Notes: a model not told the origin generated them from the sequence alone. A DNA stretch of 29,341 nucleotides from Eledone cirrhosa (GCA_964016885.1 CAXHJY010001355.1:1-29341); one strand, 5' to 3'; shown: positions 1 to 11,378, counted from the first letter of the stretch. Numbers and translations are program-made.

Positions 1-79
1 GAGAGAGTTAAATAGTTATGTCTACTTATAATATCAAACATATGTTTACAGAAGCTGAGAAAGACAGATAAACAGAGGG

Positions 80-163
<84 letters not shown>

Positions 164-439
164 TACACATACACACACATATATATATATACACACATAT
201 ATATATATATACACACATATATATGTATAGCGAGAGAGAGGGAGAGAGAGAGTGTGGAAAAAGTGAGAAAGATAAAGTAAATGTTTACAAAGGTTGTACA
301 TCGAAAGTATAAAGACGAGCTAAATTACATTTCTAAGAAAACAAAAAGTTCAGAGGAGAATATTTGGCTCCGAAATATATGTTTTAATGAAAATTGTTCT
401 AGATCTGATGTCAACATTTTCATAACAATGTACTTAATT

Positions 440-1090
440 GTTGATCTTACAGTCTATCACTATCCGTGCTGGTGAAATATATAGGACATATGAGGTTTAT
501 CTTATAGTCTTTCACTAACACTATCAGTAATCTTAATACAGAGGGTATGTGAGGTAGGTATTTCAGTCTACCACTGATACTGACTTTCAGTGGTGTTATT
601 ATATATAGGATATATGTGTATGTGTGTGAGTGACTGCGCGCGCGTGTGTGTGTGAGTGAGTGTGTGTGTGAGTGAGTGTGTGAGTGAGTGTGTGTTGGAT
701 CTCAGTCGGTTCCGACGATGAGTGTTCCAGTTGTTTGATCAACGGAACATTCTCCTCGAGATACTAACGCACACATCGCTGAGCATTCTACAGGCACGTG
801 TGCCCTTCATGTAGTTTTCAAGGAGATTTAGCATAACGCAGAATCTGACATGGCTAACTATTTGAGTTACATGTACAACACATTTTTTTCCAAGTGAGCG
901 AACTGGAGAAACACGAAATAAATCTCTTGCTTAAGGCACAACGTGCCACCAGAAATCGAATTTACAGCCTTACGATTGATAACTAATCCCTGTGAGCCAT
1001 ACGCCACACACCTTCACAGGATATGTGAGGCTGATCTTACAGCCTACTACTAACCCTGTCAATAAGAAGTGGTATTGATATAAGATATAT
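440..1090. repeat. Degenerate ~55-60 bp minisatellite interrupted by (GT)n and a SINE
   Basis: Recurring unit core: GATCTTACAGTCTATCACT (443), TATCTTATAGTCTTTCACT (498), GGTATTTCAGTCTACCACT (557), GATCTTACAGCCTACTACT (1033). The last three are preceded by AT(A/G)TGAGG-like sequence. Confidence 0.6.
701..1017 (-). mobile_element. tRNA-derived CORE-type SINE (octopus OR-like), diverged
   Basis: The minus strand has a tRNA-like head with a B-box-like TTCGATT, then a CORE-like GTTGTGCCTTAAGCAAGAGATTTATTTCGTGTTTCTCCAGTTCGCTCACTTG. Its 3' tail is shared with the copy at 6669-7000. Confidence 0.75.
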
Positions 1091-1109
1091 GAGTGTTGTG
1101 GGGATAGGA

Positions 1110-1225
1110 TATAGCTGCTTGCTGGGCAATATATTTTCTGATATCTTGTTACAACTCACGTTCAGAATTCAATCCCACCAAGATCAATTTTCTTTGTCTT
1201 CCATGTGAGATACTTATCAGTCAGA
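1110..1225 (+). mobile_element. Highly degenerate Meta-like SINE fragment
   Basis: ACGTTCAGAATTCAATCCCACCAAGATCAATTTT resembles the family core GTTCTGAGTTCAAATCCCGCCGAGGTTAACTTT seen in other copies here. Confidence 0.4.
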
Positions 1226-1416
1226 TTCTACGCTTCATGAAATCTACTTTTTTAATAGTTTCCTGTCAGAAAGTAAAGAGAGACTATGACTACGAACTTC
1301 GTATACCCACCAATTTTTGACACTTGGGGGAAATTTGGGGTGAATTTTGTGGATGAAGGACGACGTTCTGAAGAGTGCTACAGAAATAGTTAATGTAGAG
1401 CCTGAAATAGGATACG

Positions 1417-1561
1417 CATCATCATCATCATCGGCGGCCTCAGCCAAAATGGACTCAACAATTGATCTCCACGTGGGTCTATCGTTTATTGCCGTTGCCA
1501 AGTCCTGGATTTCAATACCAGAATCTCTGGAGATGACATTGGGGTAGGAGAGCTGCGCCCC
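1417..1561 (-). mobile_element. RTE-clade LINE 3' end fragment with (GAT)n tail
   Basis: Translates as LSYPNVISRDSGIEIQDLATAINDRPTWRSIVESI, the RTE C-terminal 'D..W' motif, and runs straight into a (GAT)n tail. Confidence 0.75.
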
Positions 1562-2002
1562 CTGTTATTAATGGGTGTTGAGAGGAGAAGATATAAGTAT
1601 GGATTTGAGATATGTAGCTAGCTCTAGATAGCATAGAATAGTGTATTAGCGGTAAGTGAGCGTAGTTAGAAGACGACATGTCTTCGGGAAACAATAATAC
1701 ATATTTTCCTTGGAAGTCTTTCTCCCATTGTTCACGCTAGCTAGGCATATAAGCAACTGTTTCTTTTCCTTATATATTTATCTCGTCTTTATAATTGCCA
1801 AGTGTAAGTGTGTCTATTAAATTAAGTAGCAACCTCCAGTCTGTTTATTTCCTTGCTATATACAGGCTACTAACACTGCCTTTCGTGTGTAACCCATTAC
1901 AGTTCATTTTTTTTTTATTCAGTAAGAAAAAGCAGAATATTTCAATATTGGTATTGATCATGTAAATGATGTTAACTTAAAATATATTCATCCTTTCAAT
2001 TA

Positions 2003-2130
2003 AATAATTGTTTCTACTTTAGGCACAAAGCTAACCTCGGCAGGATTTGAACTCAGAACATAAAGGGGCATAACTCTATGCTGCAAAGCATGGTGCCTGA
2101 CGCTCTACCGAGACTGCCAATCCACCACCC
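2003..2130 (-). mobile_element. Meta-like tRNA SINE, internally deleted
   Basis: GTTTCTACTTTAGGCACAAAG joins directly to CTAACCTCGGCAGGATTTGAACTCAGAAC, so the central domain is missing. The head ends ...GCCAATCCACC. Confidence 0.85.
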
Positions 2131-2141
2131 TTCTTTCAATT

Positions 2142-2355
2142 ATATAATAGTTTCTTATATAGGCACAAGACCAGCAAGTTTTTTTGGGGGGAGTCGATTA
2201 AATCGATCCCAGTGCGTGACTGGTACTTTATTTTATTGACACCGTAAGGATGAAAGGCAAAGCTGTCCTCCATGGGATTTGAACTCAGTAAATAAAGGGC
2301 TGTAACTCTATGTTGCAAAGCGTGACCCTCTACCGATTCTGCCAATCCACAGCCC
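2142..2355 (-). mobile_element. Meta-like tRNA SINE, near full length, with TSD-like direct repeat
   Basis: Core ACTGGTACTTTATTTTATTGACACCGTAAGGATGAAAGGCAAAG...GGATTTGAACTCAG. Flanked by the direct repeat CCCTTCTTTCAATTATATAATA at 2128-2149 and 2353-2374. Confidence 0.9.
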
Positions 2356-2997
2356 TTCTTTCAATTATATAATAAAATATATTCACCCTCTTTAATTATG
2401 CCGACCTCTTTAATACTATTTTTTTCATGACCCTGCCGCCTTCATTTATCTCTATCTGGTAATTATGGCGACAGGGGTTGTGTTGTTGGCGTGACTGAAA
2501 TGATTGAAAACAGACACAAACTTGCATTGACTTTTCTAAATTTCATCTGGAGAAACAAGTGAGGGTGGAAAGATAAGTGAATCTCATCACCAGTACATTT
2601 GTTGAAAGGATGAGTGTGATTGGGTCTCTTGTTAGTATGTACTCGATAATGACAGCTGGATGAAGGCAATCGGTTTTGGTAGCACCTGAATCAAGAGCTC
2701 TTTCACAATACCGGACAGATTTTTCCTCCGGTCCAGTGACCTGCTCGTCTTGGACAACGCACGCTGCGACATACCAGATGTTAAATTCTTGTGGCGCATC
2801 GAATCTTCAATCCTAACACTCGTTTGCCGAGTTGGATAGGAATGAGAACAAATATTTATATCTTGATCAAAACGTTTTCTTCTTTGTTGTCTTTATGTGT
2901 GATAGTCAATCCAGCAGTTCTCCAAATTGTGGGCACTTTTTTGCAAATTAAACTGTTTAGCTAAATAGTAGTTGTATACGATATAAATACTTTAAAA

Positions 2998-3314
2998 CAG
3001 GGGTGTACAACATATTCCATTGCGGGCCACTTTTGAACATTGGAACAACTATTAGGGCCATTAATAATTATTAAGCACTATTCAAAAAATCCACCATAAC
3101 TTCTTTCCATAACATAGAACTGGGAAATTATAACACACATAACCCAATCAGTGAAGCCCTTTAGTATAAGTCAACTAACAGAAAATTGTATTATGGTTAC
3201 GAAAACAATTCTAAATAAGCCTAAAAGGTATAAATTAAAAACGGTCATCGCGGTCACTCTGACTGGTCTGGCAGGCTGGATTGTGGCCCGCGGGTCGCCT
3301 GTTGCACGCAGCTG
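2998..3314. mobile_element. Non-autonomous hAT/Charlie-type DNA transposon (MITE)
   Basis: Imperfect terminal inverted repeats CAGGGGTGTACAAC / GTTGCACGCAGCTG. Subterminal GCGGGCCA and TGGCCCGCGGG motifs typical of Charlie elements. 8-bp TSD CTTTAAAA (2990-2997) / CTTCAAAA (3315-3322). Confidence 0.85.
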
Positions 3315-3599
3315 CTTCAAAACTATTGTTCCTTCCGTGGAAAGAAGATGAGTATTCCTTCTACAATAAAGGTCTAAGATTGCTAGAAACGAGTCGGATA
3401 GGTTCCAGAATGTCTGCCCACTAGGAATTAAAACCTATTAAAAGTGTATGTTTGTAAAATACAAAGGTATACTTTATACTTAGACTTGTAATGTGCGAAA
3501 AGTTAATATATACTTAATTTTAAAGATGACACTATCGGTGTACTTATACATACACATATCCAAATAATCGATACACCGCACTGCTAAATCGAATTAAAC

Positions 3600-3750
3600 T
3601 AATCATTGATCACCGTTAGCATCATCAACATTTTCACCATCATCAATATCACCACCACCACTATCATCATCATCATCATCATTATCATCATCATCATTAT
3701 CATCATCATCATCACCAACACCACCTCTACCAGCAGAAGCAGCAGCAAAA
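3600..3750. repeat. (CAT)n/(CAC)n/(CAG)n trinucleotide microsatellite
   Basis: Seen directly. Confidence 0.9.
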
Positions 3751-3809
3751 AAACATCAATTGTGATGAAGTGTACTTTTGATAATTCAACAGTTGTATAT
3801 TTATCATGT

Positions 3810-3811
<2 letters not shown>

Positions 3812-3890
<79 letters not shown>

Positions 3891-3901
3891 GAGTGTGTGT
3901 G

Positions 3902-3943
<42 letters not shown>

Positions 3944-4178
3944 TATGTATAAATGCATACACATACAAGCAGGCGCATACATACATACCCATTGAAATGC
4001 TGAGATACTAATCAGGCACACGCGCATAAACATACATGTACAAGGTCTATCTATCATCCTATGTTTGTCCAGATATGTTGTTTTAGGGAAGAGTATATAA
4101 TAGCATAATAAATGAGAGCATAAACATACATATATACGCACACACACACTTACATATATACACATACACACACATGCA

Positions 4179-4271
<93 letters not shown>

Positions 4272-4362
4272 AAGACTATATTTAGACTGCGTATGATTTA
4301 AATTGTAATTGATATTGTTCCAATGAAATCTACACATTTCAAAGTGATATATATGTGTACTG

Positions 4363-4399
<37 letters not shown>

Positions 4400-4438
4400 T
4401 GTACATATATATATATACTGTACATATATATATATATA

Positions 4439-4518
<80 letters not shown>

Positions 4519-4521
4519 TAT

Positions 4522-4569
<48 letters not shown>

Positions 4570-4997
4570 TGGGGTGTCGTTGATAGAGTGCATAGCAATT
4601 GCAATAGTATTTCTCAACAAACCTCAAAACAAAATGGCCACCATTACTTTACCCTCTACCATTGTTCTTGTCATATTAATATATACTATGTCAAAAGTAA
4701 ATATCGCTTAGTACGATACTATGATATACCATTCAAAGAGTACATATGAATGTATATATGTATGTGTGTATGTGCGTATATGTGTATGCCTCTCTGTATA
4801 TATTTATACATATATGTATGCATCTATGTACATATGTATAAACGTATATATGTATGTATGTATTATATGTATGTATGTATGAATGTATGTATGTATGTAT
4901 GCATGCTCCCACCACACACACAAACATTTTCATTCATATGTGTACATGTATATATTCGGTTGAGGTGTGTATGTGTGTGTATATATATATGTATATG

Positions 4998-5076
<79 letters not shown>

Positions 5077-5092
5077 ATATATATATATATTT

Positions 5093-5141
<49 letters not shown>

Positions 5142-5535
5142 TAGATAGATATATATATATATATAGATATATAGATATACATACATATATATACATATAT
5201 ATATATATATACAGTACATATATATATACATATATATATACACATACATGTATATATATACATATATATACACATACATATATATATACATATATATACA
5301 CATACATATATATATATATATATACATACACACGTACATATGAATATGTACGTGTGTATGTCTGTGTGTGTGCTTGGTGTGTCTGTGTTCACTCTATATG
5401 ACTGCATATGGACGTGTTTGTGCTTTGTACCACTTTGATCTGATGATAAATGTTCCTGCATGTTTATGTATGTCACAATATTTCTGCGTCTGTTTCAGAG
5501 TTTTTGTAACTGGCAATATGTTTCTATCCCCCCCC

Positions 5536-5569
<34 letters not shown>

Positions 5570-5680
5570 TGCATACACACACAGACGCTCACTTTCTCCC
5601 TCTCACACACACACACACACTTTCTCTCTCTCTTTCTTTCTCTCTCTCTCTACACACACACACACACACACACGCACACA

Positions 5681-5714
<34 letters not shown>

Positions 5715-5725
5715 GACACTCACTT

Positions 5726-5758
<33 letters not shown>

Positions 5759-5930
5759 CTATCTAGCTATCTATCTATCATACACACATATACAAACACA
5801 CATGCACGTATATATGTGTGCGTGTGTGTGTGTGTGTGTGTTTCTGCGTATGTATGTGTGAGTGTATGTATGTGTGCATGAGCTTGTCTGTATATGTATG
5901 CATGCATGTATACATGCATACAAGGAAACA
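3812..5930. repeat. Compound microsatellite field: (TA)n, (TATG)n, (GT)n, (GA)n, (CA)n, (TC)n
   Basis: Seen directly. All ORFs here are YI/VC/TH dipeptide artefacts. Confidence 0.95.
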
Positions 5931-6124
5931 AGAAGAATAAAAAGAGTTCCATATGACGTTGGTGGAAAGAAACTAAAAAAAAAAGGTAACGGGTCCTTAG
6001 CTCTGAATGGAATGATAGTCACCAGCCTGATATATGGCGTGTCCTTGGCATTTCAAACCTGGCGTAGCCCACCTCTCTCCAGTTCGAAAAGCAGAGGTTT
6101 TTTTCTTGAGAGAGAACAAGGAAG

Positions 6125-6237
6125 AATCACCCCCAGTACTGGACATTGGCACGCAATGTTGTCCTCGGCCGGATTTGAACCCAGAGAATTGAAATAAATA
6201 ACGAAGCATTTTTAATCCGACACTCTAACGACTCTGA
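6125..6237 (-). mobile_element. Degenerate Meta-like SINE fragment
   Basis: CCTCGGCCGGATTTGAACCCAGA...AAGCATTTTTAATCCGACACTCTAACGACTCTG matches the family head. Confidence 0.7.
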
Positions 6238-6251
6238 TGCAAAGAACTTAC

Positions 6252-6400
6252 AAAAAGTAAATCTTTTCTTACAAGAGGAGACAACTGCAGTGGAAAGATG
6301 AGAATTGGTAGAAAGACGAATAACACTATTAGCAACCTCACGATGTGGAACATGTGAAGAAAGGCCAGCAGAACAACGACCATAGATGTATAGAATAGAA
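6252..6400 (-). CDS. Weak candidate internal exon (phase 2 to phase 1)
   Basis: Non-repetitive and open: (L)SILYIYGRCSAGLSSHVPHREVANSVIRLSTNSHLSTAVVSSCKKRFTF. Perfect GTAAGT donor at 6251-6246. The acceptor catctttag is weak and has competing AGs. Phase-compatible with the 8062-8230 exon. Confidence 0.2.
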
Positions 6401-6668
6401 CTAAAGATGCTATTTCTCTAGTGGTCGTTTGTTTTGTATGTTTGTAAAGTAGTGTAGGTGTTATATAGGTTTGGACTCTGAGCAACTTGCAATCATTATT
6501 GCATTGTTGTTATTGTTCGCTTGTCTAACGCTTTGTCATTTCCAGTTGATCAGATATATATAGATGGAACATATGAGGAGGAGGAGGAGGGGGAGGATTG
6601 GGGGAAGGTGGAGCAGGGGCAAGAGGAGGATGTGTGTGTTCGTGGTGGAGGTTGAGGGGGCGATAATT

Positions 6669-7000
6669 CATCCGTCAGTTTCGTCGATGAACATTCACAT
6701 GACCGATTAACTGAACCTCCGACCCATGACTTAACGTGCAAGTGGTTGAGTATCCCATAGACAGGTGTACTCAATATAAGTCAAAGGCTAAATCAGAGTG
6801 ACAATATATGACAAGGCTGGACCTTTGAAAGACAAATGCAATCCATCAAACGAGCATCCACTGGTTTTGTCTACCTAGTTTCATTCCTAAAACTTGGGTC
6901 GATCCGAAGTTATGATAAAGATACTTGCTAATGATGCCAGGCAATGGGATTGAACCCGTGATCTCCTGATTGCGAAACGACTTCTTTACCACTCAGACAT
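6669..7000 (-). mobile_element. tRNA-derived SINE (OR-like), sharing its 3' tail with the 701-1017 copy
   Basis: TTAACGTGCAAGTGGTTGAGTATCCCATAGACAGGTGTAC...GACAAGGCTGGACCTTTGAA parallels 765-870. The head has GGGTTCAATCCC (B box) on the minus strand. Confidence 0.7.
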
Positions 7001-7232
7001 ATAAAGAAAAAAGTTGGTTGACTGAGCCAATGTAATCTCTAGATCCGTTGTTCCAGTTACACTGTACCACCACCAACATATACTGTGATTTCTTGTGTAG
7101 AGATGAATTGGATGGTCTGAGATTGTTGCCTCTTTACTGCCTCGTCTCGTTTTCTATGTCAGTAATTTCAATTTATCAATTAGTGAACAACGTTGAATCG
7201 AACGAAGTATAATAGTTGTTCTTCCCTTCCCT

Positions 7233-7428
7233 ATAATAAATGTTTCTACTTTTGGCACAAGGCCAGCAATTACCCCCAGTGTATTACTGGTGTTTTATTT
7301 TATCGACCCCGTAAGGATGAAAGGCAAAGTTAACCTCGGCGGGATTTGAACTCAGAACGCAAAGGGACATAACTCTATGCTGCAAAGCATGGTGTCTGAC
7401 GTTCTACCAATACTACCAATCAACCGCC
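7233..7428 (-). mobile_element. Meta-like tRNA SINE, full length
   Basis: GTTTCTACTTTTGGCACAAGGCCAGCAATT...ATCGACCCCGTAAGGATGAAAGGCAAAGTTAACCTCGGCGGGATTTGAACTCAGAAC...CAACCGCC. A second 3' tail fragment follows at 7436-7491. Confidence 0.92.
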
Positions 7429-7538
7429 TTTCCACATAATAATTGTTTCTACGTTAGGCACAAAGCCAGCAATTACCCAGTGCATTACTGGTATGCTGGG
7501 AATCCTGACTCAATGTTAGAAGATAATGGAGTTAGTTG

Positions 7539-7713
7539 AGGGCTGGATTGACCTTATGTAAACCAAGCATGCTAAGAATTTCGAGGGACGGGGGACACCG
7601 TTTTATACAAATTAAATATGGCATGCCCTCCCCCACTACTGCAGACTTTATATAGGGGTGGGGCACTATAATCATTTAAGTACTTGAGCGTCAAAAAGAC
7701 TTAAATCCATCCT
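7539..7713. mobile_element. Possible small MITE (Harbinger-like ends) inside a direct repeat
   Basis: Imperfect inverted ends AGGGCTGGATT / AATCCATCCT. The flanking direct repeat TGTTAGAAGATAATGGRGTTRGTT occurs at 7514 and 7737. Confidence 0.35.
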
Positions 7714-7790
7714 TGGTACTGTGCATCCCAAGACAGTGTTAGAAGATAATGGGGTTGGTTATTATATTGCAATTAATTTTTTTACTGCGA

Positions 7791-7958
7791 GGGCAGGGGA
7801 TTGGCAGTATTTGTCTTTACTTTCTGTGTTCAAACCGCGCCTTTCATCCTTCCAAAGTCGATAAAATAAAGTGCTAGTCAAGTACTAGGGTCTATATAAT
7901 CGACTTCGCCACCCCTCAAAATTCTTGGCCTTGTGCCTAAATTAGAAATTAGGATTAT
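7791..7958 (+). mobile_element. Meta-like tRNA SINE, diverged
   Basis: GCCTTTCATCCTTCCAAAGTCGATAAAATAAAGTGCTAG...GGCCTTGTGCCTAAATTAGAAATT. Confidence 0.85.
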
Positions 7959-8061
7959 CTTTTAGTGTGTTTTGTGTGTGGCGTATGTGGGTGGCGGGGA
8001 GATAGTGTTTTGAGGGTGTTTTTACCCTACCACGCTGTACTGCACATTAAGCTTTACTTAC

Positions 8062-8230
8062 AGTTTCTCTAAAATATCAGTTATTCTATGAGAAGAAATT
8101 GCAAGACGCTGCCTCAGCCCTCCTCCATTTCTGTTCAGAGCGCCAACACCACCAGCATCCTCCTCATCCTCAGCTTCTTCACCAGCAGCAGCAGCAGCAG
8201 AAACATCATTATCAGCAGCATTACCAGCAT
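8062..8230 (-). CDS. Candidate internal coding exon (169 nt, phase 1 to phase 2) of an unidentified gene
   Basis: Acceptor (CTA)n-CAG| at 8231 and perfect donor ACT|GTAAGT at 8061-8056. Open, GNN-codon-rich frame: (D)AGNAADNDVSAAAAAGEEAEDEEDAGGVGALNRNGGGLRQRLAISSHRITDILEK(L). Confidence 0.55.
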
Positions 8231-8231
8231 C

Positions 8232-8232
8232 T

Positions 8233-8286
<54 letters not shown>

Positions 8287-8287
8287 T
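8232..8287. repeat. (TAG)n/(CTA)n microsatellite abutting the candidate acceptor
   Basis: Seen directly. Confidence 0.95.
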
Positions 8288-8330
8288 ATGTTGTTGTTGG
8301 GACTATATGTGCTATTGTTGTTAATGTTGT

Positions 8331-8516
8331 CGTGGCCAAGTAGTTAGTACGTCGGAAATGCATCGTTCTGGTTTCAAATCCCGCTGAGGTCCCCTTTGTC
8401 GTTCATCCTTCCAGGATCGATAAATTAAAGTAATAGTCATATACTGGGTCAATTTAATCGACTTCCTACACCCCATCACATCACACCAAATTGATAGACT
8501 TGTGCTAAAATCAAAA
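8331..8516 (+). mobile_element. Meta-like tRNA SINE, diverged
   Basis: GTTCTGGTTTCAAATCCCGCTGAGGTC...TTCATCCTTCCAGGATCGATAAATTAAAGTAATAG...GACTTGTGCTAAAA. Confidence 0.8.
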
Positions 8517-8582
8517 ATGGATTGGCAGTATGGTTAGAGCGTCGGGCAGCATGCTTAGCGGCATAGAGTTACGGCTCTTTAC

Positions 8583-8630
<48 letters not shown>

Positions 8631-8865
8631 TTTACGTCCGCTTTTCCCTGCCTGCGAGAGTAGGGCGGGTCCTATTCAGCACAGCATCTCTCCATTCGTC
8701 ACGGTCCTTCGTCAGCTCCTCCGTGAGCTTCAGCGAACTGAGGTCAGCGCTCACCACCTCCGCCCATGTTTTTCGTGGTCTTCTTCTGAGTTCAAATTCC
8801 GCCGAGGTTAACCTTGTCTTTCATCCTTACGAGGTCGATAACATAAAGTACCAGTAATACACTGT
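8517..8865 (+). mobile_element. Meta-like tRNA SINE interrupted by an RTE fragment
   Basis: The head ends ...CTCTTTACGTTC (8586). The sequence resumes at 8784 with TTCTGAGTTCAAATTCCGCCGAGGTTAACC...GTACCAGTAATACACTG. Confidence 0.88.
8587..8783 (-). mobile_element. RTE-clade LINE 3' end fragment with (GAT)n tail, nested in a SINE
   Basis: Translates as RPRKTWAEVVSADLSSLKLTEELTKDRDEWRDAVLNRTRP, the RTE 'RP.K.W...D...DR..W' C-terminus, followed by (GAT)n. Confidence 0.88.
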
Positions 8866-8893
8866 CGCTGTGGGAGTGGAGACGTTTGTGAGG

Positions 8894-11378
8894 CGGTGTT
8901 GATGGTGGTAGTGGTGATGGTGGTAGTGAAGATGGTGGTAGTAATGATGGTGGTTGTGATGTTGGTGGTACTGGTGATGGTGGTTGTAATGGTGGTTGTG
9001 ATGTTGGTGGTAGTTGTGATGGTGGTTGTGATGATGACGATAGCGCCAATGGTGATAGTGGTGATGGTGGTGATGGTGGTTATGGTGATGGTGGTAGTGG
9101 TGATGGTGGTTGTGGTGATGGTGGCTGTGGTGATGGTGGTTGTGGTGATGATGGTAGTAGTGATGGTGGTAGTGGTGATGGTGGTTGTGGTGATGGTGGC
9201 TGTGGTGATGGTGGTAGTGGTGGTTGTAGTGGTGGTGGTAGTGGTGATGGTGGTTGTGATAATGATGGTAGTAGTGATGGTGGTAGTGATGGTGGTTATG
9301 GCGATTGAGTTGTGGTGATGGTAGTCATGGTGGTTGTAGTGGTGGTGGTAGTGGTGATGGTGGTAGTAATGATGGTGGTCGTGGTAGTGGTGATGGTGGT
9401 AGTTGTGATGATGATGATAGCGGCAATGGTCGTAGCGATGGTGGTTGTGGTGATGGTGGTTGTGGTGGTGGTAGTGATGGTGGTTGTGGTGGTGGTAGTG
9501 ATGGTGGTTGTGGTGATGGTGCTAGCGGCGTAGGTAGTGGTGGTCATGGTGGTAGCGGCGATGGTGGTAGTGGCGATGGTGGTAGTGGTGATAGTGGTAG
9601 TAATGATAGTGGTAGTGGTGGTGGTTGTGGTGATGGTGGTAGTGATGGTGGTGGTAGTGGTGATGGTGGTTGTGGTGATGGTGGTAGCGGCGTAGGTAGT
9701 GGTGGTCATGGTGGTAGCGGCGATGGTGGTAGTGGCGATGGTGGTTGTGGTGATGGTGGTAGTGGTGATGGTGGTAGTGGTGGTGGTGGTGGTGGTGGTT
9801 GTGGTGGTGGTTGTAGTGATGGTGGTAGTAATGATGGTGGTTTCTGTGGTGGTTGTGTTGATGGTTGAAGTGGTGATGGTGGTAGTGGTGATGGTGGTTG
9901 TGGTGGTGGTTGTGGTGATGGTGGTTGTGGTGGTGGTTGTGGTGATGGTGGTAGTGATGGTGGTGGTAGTGGTAATAGTGGTAGTGGTGATGGTGGTAGT
10001 AATGATGGTGGTAGTGGTGGTGGTTGTGGTGATGGTGGTAGTGATGGTGGTGGTAGTGGTAATGGTGGTAGTGGTGATGGTGGTAGTAATGATGGTGGTA
10101 GTGGTGGTGGTTGTGGTGATGGTGGTAGTGATGGTGGTGGTAGTGGTAATGGTGGTAGTGGTGATGGTGGTAGTAATGATGGTGGTAGTGGTGGTGGTTG
10201 TGGTGATGGTGGTAGTGATGGTGGTGGTAGTGGTAATGGTGGTAGTGGTGATGGTGGTAGCGGCGTAGGTAGTGGTGGTGATGGTGGTAGCGGCGATGGT
10301 GGTAGTGGCGATGGTGGTTGTGGTGATGGTGATAGTGGTTGTGGTGGTTGTGGTGGTGGTTGGAGTGATGGTGGTAGTAATGATGGAGGTTGTGGTGATG
10401 GTGGTAGTGGTGGTGGTGGTGGTTGGGATGATGGTGGTAGTGGTGCTGGTGTTAGTGGTGATGGTGGTTGTGGTGATGATGGTTGTGGTGATTGTGGTAT
10501 TAATGATGGTGGTAGCGGCGATGATGTTAGCGTTGAAGGTGGTAGTGGTAATGGTGGTAGTAATGGTGGTAGCGGCGATGGTGGTAGTGGTGATGGTGGT
10601 AGTGGCGATAGTGGTAGTGGCGATGGTGGTAGCGGCGATGGTGAGGAGGGCGGTGATTATGGTGGTAGTGGTGAGGGTGGCAGTGATTATGGTGGTGGCG
10701 ATGGTGGTAGTGGTGATGGTGGTAGTGGCGATAGTGGTAGTGGCGATGGTGAGGAGGGCGGTGATTATGGTGGTAGTGGTGAGGGTGGCAGTGATTATGG
10801 TGGTGGCGATGGTGGTAATGGTGATGGTGGTAGTGGCGATAGTGGTAGTGGCGATGGTGAGGAGGGCGGTGATTATGGTGGTAGTGGTGAGGGTGGCAGT
10901 GATTATGGTGGTGGCGATGGTGGTAATGGTGATGGTGGTAGTGGCGATAGTGGTAGTGGCGATGGTGAGGAGGGCGGTGATTATGGTGGTAGTGGTGAGG
11001 GTGGCAGTGATTATGGTGGTGGCGATGGTGGTAGTGGTGATGGTGGTAGTGGCGATAGTGGTAGTGGCAATGGTGAGGAGGGCGGTGATTATGGTGGTAG
11101 TGGTGAGGGTGGCAGTGATTATGGTGGTGGCGATGGTGGTAATGGTGATGGTGGTAGTGGCGATAGTGGTAGTGGCGATGGTGAGGAGGGCGGTGATTAT
11201 GGTGGTAGTGGTGAGGGTGGCAGTGATTATGGTGGTGGTGATGGTGGTGGTGGTGAGGGTGGCAGTGGTGAGGTTGGCAGTGGTTATGGTGGTGGCGATG
11301 GTGGTGGTGGTGAGGGTGGCAGTGGTGAGGTTGGCAGTGGTTATGGTGGTGATGATGGTGGTGATTGTGTTGATGTTG
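8894..11378. repeat. GGT/GAT/AGT trinucleotide-derived satellite with higher-order units
   Basis: 108-bp unit marked by GTGAGGAGGG at 10641, 10749, 10857, 10965, 11073 and 11181. 87-bp unit marked by AATGAT at 10001, 10088 and 10175. 57-bp unit at 11271/11328. 162-bp spacing at 9531/9693. Confidence 0.95.

Noticed and set aside
3350-3405. Possible hammerhead (GAAACGAGTCGGA)
   Set aside because: No CUGANGA box or stem II in register upstream.
6225-6485. 86-aa hydrophobic 'membrane protein' ORF
   Set aside because: It has a non-ATG start, runs into a SINE, and its hydrophobicity follows from T-richness. An alternative frame is kept only as a weak exon candidate.
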